Positions 8,189-13,544 of a stretch of 13,544 bases of DNA are shown here, piece by piece. The stretch is from the NCBI GenBank assembly GCA_046484135.1, contig JAWOBU010000141.1, forward strand, positions 1-13,544, in the 5' to 3' direction. Source of the DNA: a bacterium. GTDB taxonomy: Bacteria > RBG-13-61-14 > DATKZS01. A program made the position numbers and the translations under genes. Numbering within the stretch: the first letter of the stretch is position 1; each line of letters opens with the position of its first letter. The notes beneath the pieces were generated by a model. The model searched no databases, was not told the DNA's origin, and was given only the letters and a program-made list of their open reading frames with translations.

Positions 8189-10251
8189 AGCCTGGCCTCC
8201 AGCTTGATCCTTACGATGTCTCCCTGGCCGAGCCTGGTTGCAGGTGAAGGGCTTTGTGCTTTTACGAGTCCGGTGCCGATGACCTCGACCTGTACGGGAA
8301 GCTCGGCAATCTCCTCCAGCGCCCGGCGCAGGGTAAGGCCGTGCAGGTCGGGCATCTGCATGTTTCCGGGCTGCCGGGGGTCCGAGTTCTCTTTCCATTC
8401 CCTTTTCTTCTCCCATTTCCTTAACCGGGCGAAATGGGATGATTCGGAAAACTCGAGTTCCCTGTTGTCCCTTTGGAAGGCGGCCATTTCTTCTTCCGCA
8501 GGCACTTTCAAAAGGATCATGGCCTTCCTGGCTATGGCCTGGAACACGGGCGCGGCCACCTCGCCGCCGTAAGGCTTTCCGGAGCCGGGCTCGTCCACCA
8601 CCACCACCAGAGCGAGGCGCGGCTCGGAAGCGGGCAGGAACCCCATAAAGGACGAGAGGTACTTTCCTTCCGCATAGCCGCGGGCGTTTTCCTTGGGCTT
8701 CTGGGCGGTGCCGGTCTTTCCGGCCACCGAGTAGGCGGGTACCGCTGCCCGCGAGCCGGTGCCTTCCGGTGAGACCACCATCTTCATGTACTCGGTCATG
8801 AGCATGGCCACTTCCGGGGACACCACTTGCCTTACCTTCCGGGGCCGATTAATTCTTTTTTCCGATCCGTCCGGCAGGATGACGTACTCCGCCAGGTACG
8901 GCTTCATGAGCGCTCCCTTGTTTGCTATGGCTGACAGCGCGGCTGCCGTTTGCAAGGGGGTAACGGCGATGCCCTGGCCGAAGCTGATGGTCCCCACCGC
9001 CACCTGGGACCATTTTTTATAATGCCTGACCAGGCCGGGGGCCTCGCCCGGAAAATCAATACCGGTTTTTTTCCCGAACCCGAAGTCCTTTATGGATTGA
9101 TAAAGCCTCTTTTTGCCCAGCCTCTCTCCTATCTTGCTGGCCCCGATATTGGAGGAGTAGGTTATGATCTCGGACACGTCCAGAAAGCCGTGGGCCTTGG
9201 TATCGGTTATGGTCTCGCCTCCCAGAAGGTAGGCCCCGTTCTCGCAATAGAACCTCTCGCGGGGAGATACGGCCCGGTGTTCAAGCGCGGCGGCCGCGGT
9301 AAAGACCTTGAAGGTGCTGCCCGGCTCGTAGGAGTTCAGCACGCATCTGTTGCGGAACTCTTTCTGGCTGTAGTCGCGGAAGTTATTGGGATCAAAGGTC
9401 GGCCATGATGCCATGGCCAGTATCCTTCCGGTTTGCGGTTCCATGGCCAGCACACATCCGGCCTTGGCCCCCGTCTTTTTCATCGCCTTTTTAAGCTGTC
9501 TTTCCACCACGTACTGGAGCGGCCGGCATATGGTAAGCTTTATGGAGCTGCCCCTCGAGTTCACGTGGGTAAGGCTGTGGTAAAGCCCCCGGGAGCCCTG
9601 CTTTCCGGACAGGTCTGCATGAGCCCCGCTCTTTTTGGACAGGAAGATGGGGTTCCCTTTGCCGTCCTTTTCCTGCCAGATGCGGAGGGTTCCCCCGCTT
9701 AAAGTTTCGTTATAGTAATACTCGATTCCCTCGAGTCCCTGTCCCTCGATGCCGGTGAATCCCAGCACATTGGCCGCCAGCGACCCGGGAGGATAATAAC
9801 GCCGGAGCGCGGGAAACACGCCTATGCCCGGCAGGTTGAGCCGCTCGATTTCCTCGGCCCGGTCCTCGGGTACGTATCTTTCGATCCATATAAAGGGCTT
9901 GGTTTTGCTGGAGAGCTTTTCCGCCAGCGGCCCGCTGGGAAGCCCCAGCACCCGGGCCAGCTTTCGGGCGGTGGTTACCGGCTCCCGGACCTTTCTCGGC
10001 CTGGCAAAGACCTGGGTCTTTTTCATGCTGGACACTGCCAGAGCTTCGCCCTGGTTGTCCAGAACGGCCCCCCGCTCCGCCTGGAGCGTGATGGTCTGCT
10101 GGTGCTGGCTGGCTGCTTCCTCCTTGAGTGCGGGAGACTGGATGATTTGAAGCTGGACGCCGCGCGCAAGTATGACCGCCGCACCGACCCCGATCAAGGC
10201 CAGGATCGTGGTGATGCGCTTTTTCAAGCCCCTGGCCATACTATTTTCCAT
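8185..10251 (-). CDS. ftsI: Division transpeptidase PBP3 with C-terminal PASTA domain
   Basis: 688-aa ORF with an N-terminal TM, RG.V.D, RRYYP and GLEGIE motifs, and the catalytic SxxK (EPGSTFK), SxN (YSSN) and KTG (GKTGTAQK) motifs. The C-terminal MPDLHGLTLRRA...GTGLVKAQSP segment is PASTA-like. ATG 10239 is an alternative start. Confidence 0.96.
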   Translation of the reverse strand: MENSMARGLKKRITTILALIGVGAAVILARGVQLQIIQSPALKEEAASQHQQTITLQAERGAVLDNQGEALAVSSMKKTQVFARPRKVREPVTTARKLARVLGLPSGPLAEKLSSKTKPFIWIERYVPEDRAEEIERLNLPGIGVFPALRRYYPPGSLAANVLGFTGIEGQGLEGIEYYYNETLSGGTLRIWQEKDGKGNPIFLSKKSGAHADLSGKQGSRGLYHSLTHVNSRGSSIKLTICRPLQYVVERQLKKAMKKTGAKAGCVLAMEPQTGRILAMASWPTFDPNNFRDYSQKEFRNRCVLNSYEPGSTFKVFTAAAALEHRAVSPRERFYCENGAYLLGGETITDTKAHGFLDVSEIITYSSNIGASKIGERLGKKRLYQSIKDFGFGKKTGIDFPGEAPGLVRHYKKWSQVAVGTISFGQGIAVTPLQTAAALSAIANKGALMKPYLAEYVILPDGSEKRINRPRKVRQVVSPEVAMLMTEYMKMVVSPEGTGSRAAVPAYSVAGKTGTAQKPKENARGYAEGKYLSSFMGFLPASEPRLALVVVVDEPGSGKPYGGEVAAPVFQAIARKAMILLKVPAEEEMAAFQRDNRELEFSESSHFARLRKWEKKREWKENSDPRQPGNMQMPDLHGLTLRRALEEIAELPVQVEVIGTGLVKAQSPSPATRLGQGDIVRIKLEARL

Positions 10252-10494
10252 ATCTTATGCCCTTTCCTGACCGGAGTTTTCGTTCCCGGTCCGGTTCAGG
10301 TCCTCCGCCGTCCACCGGAGACCACAAGCGCCTAAAGAGCATCCGCTTACTGATCAGCCGGCTTAAGAGCATCAACGGGTCGCCGGGGATTTACAGGCAG
10401 CGATGGGATAAGACAAACAAGGGCATCCCCGGTAACCTTTCCTCCGCGTCCACAAGAACTCCGCTTCCCCGATGGACGACGCAGGGCCCGAACC

Positions 10495-10914
10495 TCAGTT
10501 TTCTTTGTCCGCCCTCCTTTCCCGTTGCCTGGAAGCCACGGCCTGGTAAGACTCCTCGCCCTCTTTTTCGTACTCCACGTTCTTTATCTGCTCCTGGACC
10601 GGGAACTGCATGGCCAGCTCCTGTTTGGCTATGGACTCGATACGCTCCGGAGAACGGAGGCTTGCCGCAGTGCTCTTCAGTCTTTCCCGCTCCACCTTCA
10701 GCTCCTCGATCTCCCGGCTCAGCTCGGACATGGCGTATCCCTGTTCCACCATCTGGGTGCGCGACCATACGTAAAAAAGGATGGAAGCAGACAAAAGTGC
10801 GGCCACCATGATGACCACGATGCAGGTCCGGGTGGAACAGCCCCTCATCCGCTGTCTCTCCAGGGAGGAGGTGGAGGATTTTACCACCGGCCTGGTCATG
10901 GTAGTCGAGCTCAT
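10495..10914 (-). CDS. ftsL: Cell division protein FtsL
   Basis: 139 aa with a short cytoplasmic N-terminus, one TM (IVVIMVAALLSASILFYVW), a heptad coiled coil and LRSPERIESIAKQELAMQFP (FtsL-like). It lies between rsmH and ftsI and has an ATGA overlap with the rsmH stop. Confidence 0.9.
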   Translation of the reverse strand: MSSTTMTRPVVKSSTSSLERQRMRGCSTRTCIVVIMVAALLSASILFYVWSRTQMVEQGYAMSELSREIEELKVERERLKSTAASLRSPERIESIAKQELAMQFPVQEQIKNVEYEKEGEESYQAVASRQRERRADKEN

Positions 10915-11885
10915 GGCTTTCCCTCTTCCGCTTTTTCATAAAGCTTACGGGCGGCCCGCAGGCGCGCGCTCCGGGCGGCCGGGTTCCTTCTGATCTCGTC
11001 CTGGCCGGGCCGGACCGGTTTACGGGTCAAAACCTGCAAGCGGGGCCGTGCGTCGCAGGTGCAGACCGGCTGGCCGGGCGGACAGGTACATCCTTTCGCT
11101 TCCTTTTGAAAGCTCTGCTTCACCCGCCGGTCCTCCAAAGAATGATAGGAGATAATCACCGCACGACCCTCCGGAGCGAGAAGGCCCGGGATATCGTAAA
11201 GCGCCTTCTCAAGCCGGGAAAGCTCGCGGTTCACCGCGATCCGGAGCGCCTGGAAAGTCCGGGTCGCCGGGTGGATTTTTTCCTTCTTCCCGGACACCGT
11301 TCTTTCCACCAGCCGCGAAAGCTCCCCCGTGGTCGTTACCGGCCGGCCCTCTTCCCGGCTTTGCACTATGGCCCGGGCGATGCGCCTCGAGAACCTCTCT
11401 TCCCCGTATTTATAAATAAGGTCCGCCATCTCTTTCTCGCCCAGTCTCTTCAAAAGATCGGCCGCGCTCTCGCCGGCACCGGGGTCCATGCGCATATCCA
11501 GGGGGCCGTCCTCCCTGATACCGAAGCCCCGCTCCGGCTTCGTCAACTGGTGCAGGGAAACCCCCAGGTCCAGGAGCACGCCGTCCACCTGCTCCAAGCC
11601 CTCCTTTGCCAGGATGCCGGGAAGGTCGTCGAAAGAGCCCTGGTGCAGGGAAACCCGGCTCTGGTCCTCTTTCAGCCTTCCGGCCGCAAAATCGAGGGCC
11701 TCCGGGTCCAGGTCAATCCCTATCAGCTTCTCGATCATCCCGCCCCCGGGGCCGGGCCGGTCCAGAACCGCTCTCGCGTGACCGCCTCCTCCTATAGTGG
11801 CATCTACCATCACTTTGCCGTCCCCGGGAGCAAGAAACTCTATAACCTCCGAGTCCAGCACCGGCTCATGGAACCTGGCCTTCAT
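10911..11885 (-). CDS. rsmH: 16S rRNA (cytosine(1402)-N4)-methyltransferase
   Basis: 324 aa with HEPVL, DATIGGGGH, DLGVS, GPLDMRM, YGEE, HPATRTFQALRIAVN, SYHSLEDR and NPAARSARLR motifs, plus the CTCP...VCTC insert. Confidence 0.98.
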   Translation of the reverse strand: MKARFHEPVLDSEVIEFLAPGDGKVMVDATIGGGGHARAVLDRPGPGGGMIEKLIGIDLDPEALDFAAGRLKEDQSRVSLHQGSFDDLPGILAKEGLEQVDGVLLDLGVSLHQLTKPERGFGIREDGPLDMRMDPGAGESAADLLKRLGEKEMADLIYKYGEERFSRRIARAIVQSREEGRPVTTTGELSRLVERTVSGKKEKIHPATRTFQALRIAVNRELSRLEKALYDIPGLLAPEGRAVIISYHSLEDRRVKQSFQKEAKGCTCPPGQPVCTCDARPRLQVLTRKPVRPGQDEIRRNPAARSARLRAARKLYEKAEEGKP

Positions 11886-12342
11886 GGCCCTGTTCCAAGT
11901 CCGGTCGCCTGAGCCTCGAAACCAGCAGACTGTTCTCCTCGTGCTTCGATTTGGCGTCCTCGATAAACGTTTTCCATTGCTCCGGCGTGAAGATCATGAT
12001 CCGGTTCATCAAACCCACGAAAACAATGTCGCTCGAAATGCCCTGCTCCTCCCGCAGCTTGGGCGGAAGAAGCATCCGGCCCTGACGGTCAATGTCAACC
12101 TCCCACACGTTGTGGTGCTGGACCGCAAGGTACTGGAGCACACGAGGGTCGTCCGCTGGGAGGTTCATGTCCTCTTTTTCCTTCTCCTTGTAAAGCTCTT
12201 CCGGATAGGCCTCGATCCGGTCCGGAAGTCCCACCAGGATGAGCTTGCGGGTATAGAGCACCTCCAGGGTCTGCCTGAACCTGGACGGCAGGCTTACCCG
12301 GCCCTGGTTGTTAATGGAGTGCTCGAAAAATCCTCTGAACAT
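11866..12342 (-). CDS. mraZ: Transcriptional regulator MraZ
   Basis: 158 aa starting MFRG, with two AbrB-like repeats (NNQGRVSLP and DRQGRMLLP). It is the first gene of the dcw cluster, has SD GGAGGG upstream, and its 3' end overlaps the rsmH start by 20 nt. Confidence 0.93.
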   Translation of the reverse strand: MFRGFFEHSINNQGRVSLPSRFRQTLEVLYTRKLILVGLPDRIEAYPEELYKEKEKEDMNLPADDPRVLQYLAVQHHNVWEVDIDRQGRMLLPPKLREEQGISSDIVFVGLMNRIMIFTPEQWKTFIEDAKSKHEENSLLVSRLRRPDLEQGHEGQVP

Positions 12343-12444
12343 TCCCGCTGTTTCCCTCCGGGTCCTTATGGTCCCGCTAAAAGCCTACCCGTTTACTAGC
12401 CTAAACACCATAATCTGCCTTCTACATGACAGTAATACACCTTT

Positions 12445-12505
12445 ATAATGCCATTACTGGACAGCAGATGTCAAGCACTTTTTTCAAAAAATTTAAATTA
12501 TTTTT
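12445..12505 (-). promoter_or_regulatory. Candidate sigma70-type promoter of the mraZ/dcw operon
   Basis: On the minus strand: perfect TTGACA (12474-12469), 18-nt spacer, TGn-extended -10 CATTAT (12450-12445). An A/T tract at about 12479-12505 lies where an UP element would be. The promoter is about 100 nt upstream of the mraZ ATG. Confidence 0.65.
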
Positions 12506-12732
12506 GGAGGATACCTTATCTTGAGGTCTAACTTAACAAATCGTCCACATATTGATAAATAAAACAGGCGGTTTTTGCACGGTCATGGCATGGACATGGC
12601 ATTTTCAGGCCATTTTTCTACTCCGGGCGGTATAGATGCCTTGCTGAACTTACGGGCGAGAGCTCTTGGACAGAGAAATACCTTCCAGTACCCAGGATAG
12701 CCTATCCGGGTGCTTTTGGCTCAGGATGGTTT

Positions 12733-12785
12733 TAAACGCAACGCCCCCCGGACCGCCAGGCGGAAGCCCGGCCCTAAACGCAACG
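12733..12785 (+). repeat. 11-bp exact direct repeat TAAACGCAACG, two copies
   Basis: Copies at 12733-12743 and 12775-12785, with a partial third copy CGCAACG at 12795-12801. Confidence 0.6.
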
Positions 12786-13050
12786 ACGCCATGCCGCAAC
12801 GATTTCTCTTGTTCAAAAATCAGCCGGGCGAGTTCTCTTCCGAGCAATAAATCTCTTCTTCTCTCCCCTTCGCGTCTGCGTGCCTTTGCGTGAAACCCTC
12901 TTCCTCCCCGCCCTTCGTGGATACGATCCCCTATATATACAGCAAAAACGTTACACTCCCCTTACCTTTTTTAACACCCGCCCGGAAGCAGGCTCACCAA
13001 CACCCAACCTCCTGTTTTCAAAATCATAAATAATCCATATCCATTTCAGG

Positions 13051-13080
13051 TTGACTTCTGTTCGGGGCTATGGCAGTAAT
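13051..13080 (+). promoter_or_regulatory. Possible divergent sigma70-type promoter
   Basis: TTGACT (13051-13056), 17-nt spacer, then TGg-CAGTAA(T). The -10 match is weak; the upstream sequence is AT-rich. Confidence 0.3.
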
Positions 13081-13251
13081 AAGGGCATTCTTAATAGATT
13101 GGGAATTTTGAGGCAGGTATGGTGCTCCGGAACTCGAGAGCAGGAAAACAATCATGAATGCTTAGCCTTGGAAGAAAAGCCGGAAAATAAACTTAATTAT
13201 AAAGAACTTACCCCCACTCTGCATGGAGGCAGAAACAAGGAAGGAGGCAAG

Positions 13252-13365
13252 ATGAAAAAGGAAATAATTGCAGTCGTGATCGCTCTGCTGATGGTGGGAT
13301 ATATTATTAAAAGACCGGAACAAACCACTGCGGCTTTGGAGGGAATCGTTCAGCTAGTAACTTGA
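13252..13365 (+). CDS. 37-aa single-TM/signal-like ORF, possibly the 5' fragment of a gene interrupted by an IS
   Basis: AAGGAGG at 13241-13247 precedes ATG 13252, with a short 4-nt spacing. Translation is MKKEIIAVVIALLMVGYIIKRPEQTTAALEGIVQLVT*: a basic N-terminus and a 15-residue hydrophobic stretch. Confidence 0.5.
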   Translation: MKKEIIAVVIALLMVGYIIKRPEQTTAALEGIVQLVT

Positions 13366-13390
13366 CACATAAATAACGCAACATTACAAT
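13362..13390 (+). promoter_or_regulatory. Near-consensus sigma70 promoter for the transposase-like ORF
   Basis: TTGACA (13362-13367), 17-nt spacer, TACAAT (13385-13390), followed by SD AAGGAGG at 13408-13414. Confidence 0.7.
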
Positions 13391-13422
13391 GGACGTATGA
13401 TCTATTAAAGGAGGAGATGATC

Positions 13423-13544
13423 ATGCGTCAGAGAGAACTGGTTTTGACTGAGGAGGACAGGGTTGAATTGGAGAAGTTTAGAAAGGGCGGCGTCCATAAT
13501 GCCCGCGAAATAAACCGGGCCCATGTACTCGTTGCCCTTGACGG
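13423..13544 (+). CDS. Helix-turn-helix protein / IS630-family transposase N-terminus (partial, runs off the right edge)
   Basis: Not in the ORF track. Translation is MRQRELVLTEEDRVELEKFRKGGVHNAREINRAHVLVALD, with the LT.E.R..L......G...AR...RA..L...D pattern typical of IS630 transposase N-termini. A strong SD lies 8 nt upstream; ATG 13417 is an in-frame alternative start. Confidence 0.7.
   Translation, partial: MRQRELVLTEEDRVELEKFRKGGVHNAREINRAHVLVALD

Larger units (their letters stand above)
13355..13544 (+). mobile_element. Left end of a probable IS630-family insertion sequence (truncated by the window edge)
   Basis: CTAG at 13354-13357 (IS630 elements duplicate TA and favour CTAG) is followed by GTAACTTGACACATAAATA, a promoter, an SD and a transposase-like N-terminus. 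The right inverted repeat is outside the window, so the boundary is inferred. Confidence 0.55.

Noticed and set aside
8189..8416. 76-aa N-terminal extension of MurE given by the ORF track
   Set aside because: It overlaps the ftsI PASTA region in another frame and has low-complexity R/P/G content. ATG 8188 has an SD and an ATGA coupling.
10261..10446. ftsL-ftsI spacer as RNase P, SRP or 6S RNA
   Set aside because: GAGGAAAG is not followed by TCC, and the CCGGCTTA-like motif is on the opposite strand. There is no TCAGG-GNAA-AGCAG SRP loop and no 6S-like end-to-end hairpin.
10391..10939. 182-aa minus-strand ORF overlapping ftsL and part of the spacer
   Set aside because: It is an alternative frame of ftsL with a G/R/H-rich non-protein-like composition. 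The 139-aa frame carries the TM and coiled coil.
11054..11089. CTCPPGQPVCTC cysteine cluster in RsmH as a novelty
   Set aside because: This insert is a common feature of RsmH in many non-enteric lineages.
12584..12601. CATGG three times as MraZ boxes
   Set aside because: The spacing is 5-6 bp rather than 10, and the site lies over 100 bp upstream of the -35 box. It is probably a chance micro-repeat.
12733..12802. Mini CRISPR array
   Set aside because: The repeat is only 11 bp with two full copies, and no cas genes are in the window.
12650..12893. ORFs 12650-12847 (-) and 12666-12893 (+)
   Set aside because: Both are short, overlap each other, have non-ATG starts and no SD, and show no recognisable motif.
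13051..13251. 67-codon upstream extension of the small ORF (104-aa call with TTG start)
   Set aside because: The TTG coincides with a -35-like TTGACT and has no convincing SD. The strong SD lies before ATG 13252.

Overview
Positions 1-12342 are the first part of a conventional division-and-cell-wall (dcw) operon on the minus strand, in canonical order: mraZ-rsmH-ftsL-ftsI-murE-murF-mraY-murD-ftsW-murG-murC. murC runs off the left edge and is missing from the ORF track. The PASTA-tailed FtsI, the CxC...CxC RsmH, the DNPR-type MurE and the high GC fit a deltaproteobacterium-like diderm; this is inference only. Most gene junctions overlap or nearly touch. The exception is a 243-bp, strongly self-complementary spacer between ftsL and ftsI, with competing helices next to the ftsI ribosome-binding site. 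Upstream of mraZ the sequence turns AT-richer. It holds a sigma70-type promoter straddled by a 7-16-7 inverted repeat, several short repeats and palindromes, and a divergent look-alike promoter. It also holds a 37-codon hydrophobic ORF whose stop seems to be supplied by the left end of an IS630-like element; that element's transposase runs off the right edge. No new multi-gene system is evident. The best candidates for something undescribed are the ftsL-ftsI spacer RNA, the non-canonical MraZ/promoter architecture and the IS-interrupted membrane gene.
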